Assembly: GCA_963667565.1 (NCBI GenBank)
Contig: OY763415.1
Coordinates: 896,001 to 960,000 of the forward strand
Direction: 5' to 3'
DNA: 64,000 nucleotides
Origin: Acholeplasmataceae bacterium
GTDB taxonomy: Bacteria > Bacillota_I > Bacilli_A > Acholeplasmatales > Acholeplasmataceae
Position numbers and translations under genes: made by a program. Shown piece after piece: positions 28,578 through 38,098 of this stretch; positions within the stretch are counted from its first letter, which is position 1; the number at the start of each line of letters is the position of its first letter. The notes under the pieces were generated by a model that saw only the letters and a program-made list of their open reading frames with translations, had not been told where the DNA came from and searched no databases.

Positions 28578-29429
28578 ATGGCTATAATTCAAATAAAAAG
28601 AAGAACGACAGCCGGAACTGGACCATTAACTGGAACAACAGGAACAGTAAAAGCTGGTGAACCACAAGTTGATTTTAGTGGTGAACATTTATATATAGCA
28701 AAAGCGGATAAAGTGGCAAGTGTATCCGTTCCACTTGCTGAATCGGATTACTTAAAGATACCAGGAGTAGACAAAGTTGATGATCAGATTGATACAAAGA
28801 TTACCGCACTTAATTTAGGAACAGCATCAACAAAAAACACTGGGACCGGAAGTGGGAATGTACCTATTCTAGATTCAAGTGGGAAATTAGCAGACAGCGT
28901 TGTTCCGAAGATTGCAATGACAAATACTTATGTAGTTGCAAGTCAAACTGCTATGCTAGCTTTATCCAACGCACAGGAAGGTGACGTTGCCGTTAGAACG
29001 GATTTGAACAAGTCTTTTATCTTAAAGGCATCACCTTACTCAACGCTCGCTAACTGGCAAGAACTCTTAACACCAACTGATGCAGTAACCAGCGTAAATG
29101 GATCTACTGGAGCAGTAACAATATCACTTGCTGGTCTTGGTGGTGTAGCTTCAACAACTTATAACACACATGTTGCTTCGAATCTACATTTAACAGAAAC
29201 TCAAAGAACAATTTTGAGTAATGTGAAAGATATTTATATTGGCGATTCAGATGGGATTGCAGTCGCAGCTTCTGAAACGGAATATGCAAATAATGTAATT
29301 ATTGATGGTCTTTTATATGTTGCAGTTGTTGACTCAAACTATACACCAACTAGAATTACTTACAAACTTGGGATTGATACTTCAAAAGTATTAACACCGT
29401 CATCGATTATTGATGGTGGTACTTACTAA
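28578..29429 (+). CDS. Tail fibre protein
   Basis: IQIKRR...KAGEP N-terminus, AQEGDVAVRTD, VTSVNG and C-terminal IDGGTY. Confidence 0.75.
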   Translation: MAIIQIKRRTTAGTGPLTGTTGTVKAGEPQVDFSGEHLYIAKADKVASVSVPLAESDYLKIPGVDKVDDQIDTKITALNLGTASTKNTGTGSGNVPILDSSGKLADSVVPKIAMTNTYVVASQTAMLALSNAQEGDVAVRTDLNKSFILKASPYSTLANWQELLTPTDAVTSVNGSTGAVTISLAGLGGVASTTYNTHVASNLHLTETQRTILSNVKDIYIGDSDGIAVAASETEYANNVIIDGLLYVAVVDSNYTPTRITYKLGIDTSKVLTPSSIIDGGTY

Positions 29430-30109
29430 TGTCTATTATTAGAGTTAAACGTGGTTCAAGTACTCCAACGACATCGAATCTATCTTATTTAGGTGAGTTA
29501 GCTTTTGATTATGGTAGTGAAACTCTATATGCAAGAGGCATATCTTCTGTAGTGAAAATTGGTGGTGCATTAGAACAAGTATATTTCTATCAAGGATATT
29601 CTTATTATCATAGTTTAACTTATCCGTTTGATCCAGATTACATCTACAAAGTTCATGTGATTGCATCTACTCAAGGAACTTCGATAGATACTTCGGATAC
29701 GTACATCTACTACAGAACATCTGCTCAATCAAGTCTTTATGGATCTTATATTAATCATCATTTAAATACAGAAGATACGATTCATGATAAACGATCTACA
29801 ACAAATACAACAGCGAAGTATATTGAGGATAGTTATGTATCAGGACCAGCGATTACAAGTGGGATTACAAAGGTTATTGACTTTGAGATATCACCTACTT
29901 TTAAAGCGAGTTATGTAGATACTCAAGTGTGGGTAGCATATGGCAAAAGTATGACAACTCTTTCAGGGCAAGGAGATGGATCAATTAAGATGGTTGATTT
30001 TGTTCACACAGCATATGGCGATCTTGGAGCACTATATATCAATCCAGGAATGTCTGTAGGTTCACCTGATAGTATTTCAGTGACAATCTATAGAATGAGA
30101 AGAAAGTAG
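29429..30109 (+). CDS. Tail fibre/receptor-binding protein
   Basis: IRVKRG...GELAF N-terminus paralogous to that of the preceding gene. Confidence 0.65.
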   Translation: MSIIRVKRGSSTPTTSNLSYLGELAFDYGSETLYARGISSVVKIGGALEQVYFYQGYSYYHSLTYPFDPDYIYKVHVIASTQGTSIDTSDTYIYYRTSAQSSLYGSYINHHLNTEDTIHDKRSTTNTTAKYIEDSYVSGPAITSGITKVIDFEISPTFKASYVDTQVWVAYGKSMTTLSGQGDGSIKMVDFVHTAYGDLGALYINPGMSVGSPDSISVTIYRMRRK

Positions 30110-30117
30110 GAATTATT

Positions 30118-30453
30118 ATGGCAATTATTAAAGAGTTAAATACGAAATTTGGTATAGGTGCATCTTATCACCGAATCACAGCATTCAACATAAGTTATTT
30201 AAACAAGAAGATTACAGTATGTGTGGCATCCTATTTATCCAAGGAAGCAAGAGCAAGTAATAACCATCCAATTGAAGAAGTAGATATATCAATTCCGTTT
30301 TCCGATTATGGATTGTTTTTAGATGTGAATCCAATTGTTGAAGGATACAACTGGTTAAAGCAAAATGTCATAGGATTTGAAGATGCACTAGATGATTATG
30401 ATGTTTTAGAATCACCACTAGTTGAGCCTGTTGAGGAGGAAGTAAATGAATGA
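30118..30453 (+). CDS. Hypothetical phage protein (possible fibre chaperone)
   Basis: GASYHRI...YLSKEAR...YNWLK. Confidence 0.6.
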   Translation: MAIIKELNTKFGIGASYHRITAFNISYLNKKITVCVASYLSKEARASNNHPIEEVDISIPFSDYGLFLDVNPIVEGYNWLKQNVIGFEDALDDYDVLESPLVEPVEEEVNE

Positions 30454-31084
30454 CATTTATAATCTCATAAAAGAAGTATTTCCAAATACTGAAATTTTAC
30501 TTATTTACTATGGGGGATCTAAAGCATATGGATTAGATGAAAATACAAGCGATATTGATGTAACTGTCGTATTAGAGGGTTTTAGAGGGATCCTTCATTT
30601 ATTTATTGGAAAATATGACCTATTTGTTTTCTCGAAAGAGGATTTTATTAAGAGACAACAATTTGATGATTCAATCATCGCTTATCATAGGCAAGCAGCA
30701 GATAATGTTCTTGGTATTAAATCAAATGAGTATTATTTAAATCCTGTGTTTTCAGATGAGTTAGATCATATCATTACAAATGTTGATCGTACATTTATTA
30801 GCAATTTGATAGATGCATTATTAATCTATTCAAAAAGTGTATTTGAAGTTAATCAAAAATCTAAAGCTTTCTATCATCTATATAGACTAAGAGGTATGAT
30901 TGAACACTTTAATCAGACAGGTACATTTGACCTTATTGTAGATGAACCTTGGAAAAGTAAAATGATTGATTATAAAGCAAATTATAAGATAAACCACGAG
31001 GTTAATTATGAAGAAGAGATAGTATCCTTATTTGACTACCTAGAGAATTACAGAAATGAGATGATACAAAGTGGACTGGGATAG
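30446..31084 (+). CDS. Pol-beta-type nucleotidyltransferase
   Basis: YGGSKAYG...SDIDV...YDL. Confidence 0.85.
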   Translation: MNDIYNLIKEVFPNTEILLIYYGGSKAYGLDENTSDIDVTVVLEGFRGILHLFIGKYDLFVFSKEDFIKRQQFDDSIIAYHRQAADNVLGIKSNEYYLNPVFSDELDHIITNVDRTFISNLIDALLIYSKSVFEVNQKSKAFYHLYRLRGMIEHFNQTGTFDLIVDEPWKSKMIDYKANYKINHEVNYEEEIVSLFDYLENYRNEMIQSGLG

Positions 31085-31397
31085 TATTACAGAGGTGTTT
31101 CGTATGCAAAATTTAATATATTGGGTTGTGACAATGGTTGTGGTGATTTTGACAACTATTAAACAATTCAGTCAGCAAGAAAAAAAGAATAAAACAAAAA
31201 ATGATGAAATCATCGTAAATCTTCAAAGAATCGAAAAACAAAATGTTAAGATGTTAAACCTACTTGAAATGCATGGACAGGATATTAAATCTCTAAAAAA
31301 GGATGTCAATGTTCTTGAACATCGAGTATCAAGATTAGAAGATTCACAAGTGAATATTTATAACCATATAGGAGGAAAACCAAATGACAACACTTGA
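31071..31397 (+). CDS. Single-TM coiled-coil protein (holin/XhlA-like)
   Basis: One N-terminal TM plus a heptad coil ending LEHRVSRLE; lysis-module position. Confidence 0.55.
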   Translation: MDWDSITEVFRMQNLIYWVVTMVVVILTTIKQFSQQEKKNKTKNDEIIVNLQRIEKQNVKMLNLLEMHGQDIKSLKKDVNVLEHRVSRLEDSQVNIYNHIGGKPNDNT

Positions 31398-31869
31398 AAC
31401 AATATTAATCGTAACTAATGTATTAACGCTTATTCTTTACTTCACATCGAAGTTTAAAGAAAGTGGTAATCTATCAACGGTTATTAAAGAAGTTAAAGAG
31501 GATATTAAGAACTCTTCTGAAATAGTCGCTGATTTAGTGACAAAAGCAACTGATATCGTTTTTGATGAAACAGTTCAAAAGACAATTAAAGAGTTTATCA
31601 TGATTGTTGAGGAAAAGAATCAGATTGCAAAACAGAAGGGTGAAATATTCCTCGCTGGAGATGAGAAGAAACAAGCGGTTATTCAACGTCTTAGTGAATG
31701 GGTATCAAATTTAACTGGATCAACTGAAAAGGCAATTGGTTTTGTAGAAGACAACCAAAGCAAGATAGAATCCATCATTGATGATTACATATCCTTTAGC
31801 AACAAAATGCATGGTAAATCAACACTTTCTGAAGCAGAGAAAATCATTGCAGATAAGTTGAACAAGTAA
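31384..31869 (+). CDS. Holin-like protein (LL-H type)
   Basis: N-terminal TM; AGDEKKQAV motif. Confidence 0.5.
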   Translation: MTTLETILIVTNVLTLILYFTSKFKESGNLSTVIKEVKEDIKNSSEIVADLVTKATDIVFDETVQKTIKEFIMIVEEKNQIAKQKGEIFLAGDEKKQAVIQRLSEWVSNLTGSTEKAIGFVEDNQSKIESIIDDYISFSNKMHGKSTLSEAEKIIADKLNK

Positions 31870-31938
31870 AAGAAAAATGCTTGCTATAGTAGTTTTATTT
31901 AGGTAATATGTGTCATAACCAAAACAAGGAGGAAAAGT

Positions 31939-32199
31939 ATGTTAAACCAAGTAATATTAGTAGGAAGAGTAAATAAACTCGACAAGCTATCAGGTATTGT
32001 TTCAATTGATATCAAAAGACCGAATGAAAAGGATTCTGATGTAATCCCAGTAACTCTAACAGATGGTTTGATGGAAAGTGTTCTAGGTTATCTTACCGAA
32101 GGTTCTACAATAGGAGTTAAAGCATCACTCAATATCGATAACAATATCTTAAGGATAGTTGGAGATAAAGTAACATTTATCGATACAAAAAATGAATAA
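31939..32199 (+). CDS. ssb: Short single-stranded DNA-binding protein (OB fold, no long acidic tail)
   Basis: MLNQVILVGR...D.IPV...GSTIGVK...VTFID. Confidence 0.8.
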   Translation: MLNQVILVGRVNKLDKLSGIVSIDIKRPNEKDSDVIPVTLTDGLMESVLGYLTEGSTIGVKASLNIDNNILRIVGDKVTFIDTKNE

Positions 32200-32220
32200 G
32201 GAATCAAACTCATAAACATG

Positions 32221-32251
32221 GCCACACCGGTAAAATGGTGTGGCTTTTTTT
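32221..32251 (+). terminator. Intrinsic terminator
   Basis: GCCACACC-GGTAAAAT-GGTGTGGC-TTTTTT. Confidence 0.85.
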
Positions 32252-32316
32252 GTATTTTTATAATTAAGAAAATATGTTATAATTTTACTTAAGAGGATAT
32301 CTAGGGAGAACACAAC

Positions 32317-32811
32317 ATGGATAATTACGAAGTTGCGATCAATGGTACGACTTTAGCTGCACGAATTCTAGGTATAGAAACTCCTGACGTGCAGTTTTTT
32401 TATAATCAAGATATGACAGAAAAAGGAATTAATTCTATCTTCTTAAAAGAAAGATATATCATAGCATTTAACGAAGAGTGGATAGAGCAAGCAAAACCAA
32501 TGGAGATTCAAGTTACATGCTTTCATGAAACTAGACATGCATTTCAATGGAAGTTGATAACAAGAGAGTATCAAGGTGAAAGCAATATTGATTCAAAAAC
32601 TATTCAGATTTGGAAAGAGGAAATGAATAGTTATAATTCACCTACAAAAAAAGATATCCCAGAAGAAGAATATCTTAAACAAAAAATTGAAATAGATGCA
32701 ATTTCATTTGCTCATTTTCATATTAAGAAACTATATAATGTTAAGAGTATAATACCGGAATGCATTACGAATGAGGTGGCTTTAAAACTAGATTGTTTTC
32801 GAGAGGTGTAA
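32317..32811 (+). CDS. HExxH zinc-metallopeptidase-like protein
   Basis: FHETRHAFQ plus downstream EIDA; promoter TGTTATAAT upstream. Confidence 0.7.
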   Translation: MDNYEVAINGTTLAARILGIETPDVQFFYNQDMTEKGINSIFLKERYIIAFNEEWIEQAKPMEIQVTCFHETRHAFQWKLITREYQGESNIDSKTIQIWKEEMNSYNSPTKKDIPEEEYLKQKIEIDAISFAHFHIKKLYNVKSIIPECITNEVALKLDCFREV

Positions 32812-32814
32812 AGT

Positions 32815-33789
32815 ATGTTAAACATTGGATTGATTGTATTAATATCAATAGATTTTTTGCTTTTGTTTATTGGCAAAATCATATTCTATTTGCATGCTTT
32901 TAAGGTGTTTAGTTTTAAAGATTTTATTCAGAAGATTCAAAGTGCAGTTCCGGATAAAATCAAAAACGAAGAACAAGAAGAAGATATAACTGATAATGCA
33001 ATAGAAGTTGATGAAAAGAAACGGAATATATTACAGAAGGTATGGCATGTCTTTTTACAAGGATCACTATTTACTCTTAAATTAACTGGAGCAATTATTT
33101 TAATTTGTATAGCAATAGCCATAATTATACTTAGTATTGCTATCCCTACAGCAAGTATATGGGGAACGATTCTGATTGCGATATATTTTGAATTACTCTA
33201 TGCAATACTTTTCCTGTTTGCGATGAGACTTATAAACTTTCTTTTGGGTTTAGGGATGTTAAAACTAGCAAAAGTAGATAAAAAAAGAACACAAAGAATA
33301 TTGATTATGGACGCAATACAATTTACAATGCTGAGTTTACTGATTTTTCTGGCAGCATTTGGTTACCCTCTTGACGTAGAAAGTATGATTGTGATACCTT
33401 TTGAGTGGAATATAACGCTTAATAACTTGCTTTCTATTGTTATACCGATGTTATTCTATGCATTATTGATTACGAATATATTTGCATTAGCTATTCGTTT
33501 CAAAAATATTTTCACAAAAGATGTAAACAAACATAGAATCATTCGTTTACACCAGTTGCTATTTATATTTATCGCTTCATGTTTCTTTGGAATTTTGTAT
33601 ATCACGGATATTGACTTGAGTTTTATGACTGAGTTGGAAAGAACAATGTATTTACAGACACTTGAAGTAGTTAAATGGATTATAACTTCTGTGTTTATTC
33701 CATTATTTATATATACACTTAATAATTTTAAAAAAACTACAAATAAAGTTTTTAAACGACCTACAAGAAGAACGAGAAGGCGTTATTGA
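32815..33789 (+). CDS. Multi-TM membrane protein
   Basis: About 7-8 hydrophobic segments and a basic C-terminal tail. Confidence 0.8.
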   Translation: MLNIGLIVLISIDFLLLFIGKIIFYLHAFKVFSFKDFIQKIQSAVPDKIKNEEQEEDITDNAIEVDEKKRNILQKVWHVFLQGSLFTLKLTGAIILICIAIAIIILSIAIPTASIWGTILIAIYFELLYAILFLFAMRLINFLLGLGMLKLAKVDKKRTQRILIMDAIQFTMLSLLIFLAAFGYPLDVESMIVIPFEWNITLNNLLSIVIPMLFYALLITNIFALAIRFKNIFTKDVNKHRIIRLHQLLFIFIASCFFGILYITDIDLSFMTELERTMYLQTLEVVKWIITSVFIPLFIYTLNNFKKTTNKVFKRPTRRTRRRY

Positions 33790-33803
33790 GAAAGGAGTTT
33801 CTA

Positions 33804-34478
33804 ATGAATAGAAGTGAGTTGGATTCTTTAAAGAATGAGTTAAAACAAATCTATGACAGAAGAATAGAGGTAAAAAATCAGACAGGATTTTTAGATCAAA
33901 ATCAGATACCCAGTGGCAAGAAAGTCTATAATATTGAAACGTCTTTAATGTTTATTGACATCAGAAGTTCGACAATACTAACTGATGCAATAGGCCGCAA
34001 AAATATGGTAAAAATTTATCAGATGTATACCAAACTTTGTAAGAAAGCCATCAATGATAATAATGGTATAATTCTTCAAATTGTTGGTGATGGGATTTTA
34101 TGTGCATTTACAAATGATTCAACAGGAAATTCTGGCCAACGTGCAGTTGATGCCGCAATTACAATCAACACATATATTGCTGAATCAATGAATCCATTAC
34201 TAGATAGTGATTGGGAAATAAGTTGCGGTATAGGTATTAGAACTGGACATGTTTATGTAACTAGGTTAACTACCGATAATGGAAGTGAAGTAGCCTATCC
34301 AAGTGACATTACAAACTATGCATCAAAGTTTTGCGGATTAGCACAAAAGAATCAAGTTATTATTGATGCTAAAACACATGAGCATCTTGATAGAAAATAT
34401 AAAGGATATTGTGAACCTTATCCATCAAGTATGCAAAATACATATATAATTAAGGAGGCAACATGGGAGATTCAGTAA
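33804..34478 (+). CDS. pycC: Pycsar pyrimidine cyclase (class III nucleotide cyclase)
   Basis: MFIDIRSST, IVGDGILC, GIGIRTG and NYASKF; adjacent to a PycTM-like gene. Confidence 0.85.
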   Translation: MNRSELDSLKNELKQIYDRRIEVKNQTGFLDQNQIPSGKKVYNIETSLMFIDIRSSTILTDAIGRKNMVKIYQMYTKLCKKAINDNNGIILQIVGDGILCAFTNDSTGNSGQRAVDAAITINTYIAESMNPLLDSDWEISCGIGIRTGHVYVTRLTTDNGSEVAYPSDITNYASKFCGLAQKNQVIIDAKTHEHLDRKYKGYCEPYPSSMQNTYIIKEATWEIQ

Positions 34479-34987
34479 AAAAAGTATTTGATAAAGATAC
34501 TTCATTTAGAACACTAGAAGTTGTAAACTCATGGATTACAGCTGCAGATAATAAATCTTCTATCTTGCTTGCATTCTTGGGTTTGATTATTGGGTTTTCA
34601 GCAAGCACATACGGGAATTTAGCAAATTTAGTAGTTAATGGAAGTAATATTCAAATTACATTAATAATTGTATTTGGGATTATTTATGCTATTGTCTTAG
34701 GATTCACAATATTTCATTTAATATCTGTTTTCATAGCAAGAACAAATAAAGTGGATTACTTTTCTGAAAACCTAGTATCGTTTGTTTCAATTGCCAAGAT
34801 GGAGAGTACAGATTATATCAATTCTGCAAACAAAGTAAATGAAGATACATTATCTGAGATGATTCTTTCTCAAATTAGTATTAATTCAAAAATAGCAAAA
34901 AGAAAGTTGATCCATTTTAATAATGCTTTGAAGTTTGGATTAGCACTTATACCTTTAACTATTTTACTCATGATAGTAGCTGGTTAG
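34463..34987 (+). CDS. pycTM: Pycsar membrane effector
   Basis: NSWITAADNKSSILLAF, TM helices, and QISINSKIAKRK...F..A. Confidence 0.85.
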   Translation: MGDSVKKVFDKDTSFRTLEVVNSWITAADNKSSILLAFLGLIIGFSASTYGNLANLVVNGSNIQITLIIVFGIIYAIVLGFTIFHLISVFIARTNKVDYFSENLVSFVSIAKMESTDYINSANKVNEDTLSEMILSQISINSKIAKRKLIHFNNALKFGLALIPLTILLMIVAG

Positions 34988-34992
34988 TGTAA

Positions 34993-35778
34993 ATGAGAAA
35001 CTTTACATTTGACAATGAAGATAACATCCTAGCTTATTATCGTGATCCGGATAATCGTCCGTTAGCATTTCCTCAATCTGATGATATATGGAAAATATTT
35101 CAATCAACGAATGATGAAGAATTATGGAAGACTTGGAAAAATAGTTCTTCAAAATCAGATCTGCCACCAGATTTCTATAATGATGATCTTGAACTCATGA
35201 TGGAAGTTATGAGATTTGATGATCAAGCAACTAATAGTGGTAAGACTCATGCTACTAAAGCTAAAGAGAATCAGATGTTAGAACAATTAAGAGATTTAGG
35301 TGTGAAAGAGGATTTTCCTAAGCTAAAACAAATATTATTATTAGGCAATAGTGATTTATCTACAGATGAAGATCATAATTTTGCCAGATATAGAGATAAT
35401 TTTGCTAGAGTTGTTTTAAAGCATGCAATGAAAGCAGAGCAATACAGAAAAAATCATCCTGGTTACAAGTTAATCTTCTTTGTTTTCGATGAAACCTCAG
35501 GTGTATATTTTGAAAGAGGAAGGCAGAAAAAAAGTATCTTGGTAAAAGGTACTAATCTACTTGCAAGAACTCACATGTATTGGGCAGATAGTGTACTTGT
35601 AAATACAATCACAAAGAGTCAAGCTGATTATTTAATATGGTTTAAGCCGCATAACAGCTTTGAAACTCCTGATGGAATCAATGACGATCTTCCAAAAATT
35701 ATGATATATGATATTAAAAATATGAGAATTAGTACAGATAATTATTCTGTCGAAAATATGATTAGTTCAGAATACTAA
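34993..35778 (+). CDS. Hypothetical protein, possible PD-(D/E)XK-like nuclease
   Basis: PPDF...MEVMRFDD and KLIFFVFDET; cotranscribed with Pycsar. Confidence 0.5.
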   Translation: MRNFTFDNEDNILAYYRDPDNRPLAFPQSDDIWKIFQSTNDEELWKTWKNSSSKSDLPPDFYNDDLELMMEVMRFDDQATNSGKTHATKAKENQMLEQLRDLGVKEDFPKLKQILLLGNSDLSTDEDHNFARYRDNFARVVLKHAMKAEQYRKNHPGYKLIFFVFDETSGVYFERGRQKKSILVKGTNLLARTHMYWADSVLVNTITKSQADYLIWFKPHNSFETPDGINDDLPKIMIYDIKNMRISTDNYSVENMISSEY

Positions 35779-35823
35779 AACAAGCAGTAATATTTTCTAG
35801 TTATATTGAAAAGGCATTTCCCC

Positions 35824-36753
35824 TCAGGAAGATGCCTCTTTTTTGTTTTTCCAGTATTTTATTTCAAAGTCGTGGATATCTAGGTTGAACTGATGACTTA
35901 TTAAATCACGTATTTTATTGACTAAAGAATCTTGAGAACTAATTTCTAAAGTGTTAATGCATAAATGGATTTCTTTATCTCGCTCTTCACTAAGTTCTAG
36001 TTTATTAAAATAGTAAGCTTTAAGATAATATAAATGTGAAAGTAGATAAAAGTGGTGATATTGAGAAGATAACTTGACACCGATATTACACAAATCAATA
36101 GCTTGATAGTATTGATTATTTGATCCGTGTATCCTAATGACAGTATATAAAACGATTAAATAAAAATCCAGTGAATCTAAGTCGTTAATCTCATAAGTCT
36201 TGAGTGCTTCTGATAGTTTGTTGATGACTATGACACTATCAGAATCGTTTAAATCAGTGTTAATATTTGATAAAATAATCATTTCATAAAGAGATAGAAT
36301 TTCATATGACATTAATTCATTAAAATTAATGAGTTTTTTGACTTGTTCAATATAATGATATTTTGTTATTTTTTTACGTTTATAATCAAATAATAGCGTA
36401 CAAAATCTTAACAGCATTCTATCTGTTTTTTCTATTAGTATAGATTTATTTAATTCTTGTAATTTTATATCTAACCCATCCAAATGGTCGCTCAACAACT
36501 TATTATATAAGTTTTGAACGACCTTTTTTTCTTTTTTAGATGTGTCTAGATAAAACTTAAGAACTTCTTCAATATTCATGTTTAACCTCTCTATGAGTGA
36601 AAAAAATATTCCTGATGGCATACTAGATGATCCAGATAAGTATCTTCTATATTGTCTTACATCACAAACATCATTCACAAATTTTTCTTGACTCTTATAA
36701 CCTCTTGCAACGCGTAATCTCTCTAATATGATAATACCTTCATCTATTAACAT
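35824..36753 (-). CDS. RRNPP-family (Rgg/PlcR-like) regulator: HTH plus TPR-like helical domain
   Basis: LERLRVARGYKSQEKFVNDVCDVRQYRRYLSG HTH; TPR-like YYQAIDLCNIGVKLS...LLSHLYYLKA. ATG 36753 follows GGAGG. Confidence 0.82.
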   Translation of the reverse strand: MLIDEGIIILERLRVARGYKSQEKFVNDVCDVRQYRRYLSGSSSMPSGIFFSLIERLNMNIEEVLKFYLDTSKKEKKVVQNLYNKLLSDHLDGLDIKLQELNKSILIEKTDRMLLRFCTLLFDYKRKKITKYHYIEQVKKLINFNELMSYEILSLYEMIILSNINTDLNDSDSVIVINKLSEALKTYEINDLDSLDFYLIVLYTVIRIHGSNNQYYQAIDLCNIGVKLSSQYHHFYLLSHLYYLKAYYFNKLELSEERDKEIHLCINTLEISSQDSLVNKIRDLISHQFNLDIHDFEIKYWKNKKEASS

Positions 36754-36843
36754 AGTCCCTCCCAAATATCAAGGATAAAATTGTCCTGTTTTGTTTGTAT
36801 AGCAAAAGTTATCCTTGAACTATACCGAGAAAGGAGGATACAT

Positions 36844-37011
36844 ATGAAAAAGATTATGCTTGTTCTGCTGATTTTATCTGCAGCAATGACACTTTCATTG
36901 AGTGCTAACGATAAGCCGGAAAATTTAGAAATATCATCAGAAAGTCAATTGATAACACTAGATGGAGATGGTTTAGGTGGAGCACCTATTAATGGTGTAG
37001 TAGAAGGATAA
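36844..37011 (+). CDS. Putative secreted signalling propeptide (55 aa)
   Basis: RBS AGGAGG; MKKIMLVLLILSAAMTLSLSA signal peptide followed by NDKPENLEISSESQLITLDGDGLGGAPINGVVEG; divergent from the RRNPP gene. Confidence 0.7.
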   Translation: MKKIMLVLLILSAAMTLSLSANDKPENLEISSESQLITLDGDGLGGAPINGVVEG

Positions 37012-37145
37012 AGAATAAAATGTGTGCAAATTCTATTTTTGATTTGTCTTTATGTATAGAGATAAAAAAATTAGAAAGGGCAACACCAGGTGTATTACCT
37101 ATCCAAAGGGGAAATCGTGTTGATTGAAGAAAATATCTTCAAGGG

Positions 37146-37697
37146 TTGGATAAAACATCACGTCTGGTCATCATATGTATAAATATGGGAATGGAAAGGA
37201 TACTAAAAAAATATGAGAATTTGATGATTATTATCATAAATCAATTAGGTGTAGGAAATTATGATTTTAGAGAAGATCTTAAACAAGAATTAAGATTGCA
37301 CTTGTTTGTTTTGTATAAAAAAGGGATTTTCGATTCGAAAATCAATAACATTGATAATTATGTATTTACTGCTTTGAGAAGAAAAGCAATTAATGTTTTA
37401 AAAAGTGAAAAAAGACAGCAATATGCATCATTAAATCAAAAAAATGATACCTCAGAAACAGAATATTTAAATTTGCTTTTTTACAATGAGGAAAGTCATC
37501 AAAATATAGAGTTATTTGAAAATATTATAGCATATATGTCTCAAAACCTAAATGATAAAGAGCAAAATCTCATTAACCTTTATTTTTTTATGAATATGAC
37601 ATTTGATGAAATTGGTAAAAGTTTTAACGTATCAAGAGAAACAATCAGACGAAGAGTCAACAAAGCAATAGCAAAGATAAGGAGGTGGTACAAATGA
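37146..37697 (+). CDS. Sigma-70 family alternative sigma factor
   Basis: EDLKQE...YVFTALRRKAINVLK (region 2); MTFDEIGKSFNVSRETIRRR (region 4). The start may be ATG 37185 or 37191. Confidence 0.85.
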   Translation: MDKTSRLVIICINMGMERILKKYENLMIIIINQLGVGNYDFREDLKQELRLHLFVLYKKGIFDSKINNIDNYVFTALRRKAINVLKSEKRQQYASLNQKNDTSETEYLNLLFYNEESHQNIELFENIIAYMSQNLNDKEQNLINLYFFMNMTFDEIGKSFNVSRETIRRRVNKAIAKIRRWYK

Positions 37698-38080
37698 CAG
37701 AAGAAACAGAGTTAAACAAAACAAACCAACTCAATGATTTTGAAAAAGATAAAATAAAAAGTCTAAATCAATTTTTCATGAAGAGTATTACACATGGATT
37801 ATTATTTGCCTTTATACTTTTTATCATTACAGTTGGTTTGTTGTTGTTTACGATTATTGCTACAGACATGGATTCATCGGTAAGAATCACGATTATTTCC
37901 ATGGTAGCAACCTTTATTCTTACAAGTAGTAAAACGCTCATGGATAGAATAGTTGAAATTACAACGTATACAATGAGATTACTTGGAGAAGAACAACGGG
38001 GATTCAATAAGAAAATCGGTATAGAGGTTGACCCAGTTGAGTTTGAAGAATTGTCAGAAGAACAAAAAGATCAATCATAA
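37694..38080 (+). CDS. Two-TM membrane protein
   Basis: RBS AGGAGG; two hydrophobic helices. Confidence 0.7.
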   Translation: MTEETELNKTNQLNDFEKDKIKSLNQFFMKSITHGLLFAFILFIITVGLLLFTIIATDMDSSVRITIISMVATFILTSSKTLMDRIVEITTYTMRLLGEEQRGFNKKIGIEVDPVEFEELSEEQKDQS

Positions 38081-38098
38081 AGAAAAGAGGATAAAATA

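Noticed and set aside
28578..30453. Diversity-generating retroelement or invertible tail-fibre cassette
   Set aside because: No reverse transcriptase, no TR/VR duplicate and no inverted gene segments seen.
33804..34987. Ordinary adenylate cyclase or CBASS
   Set aside because: Class III cyclase motifs with an overlapping PycTM-type gene fit Pycsar; no CD-NTase motifs.
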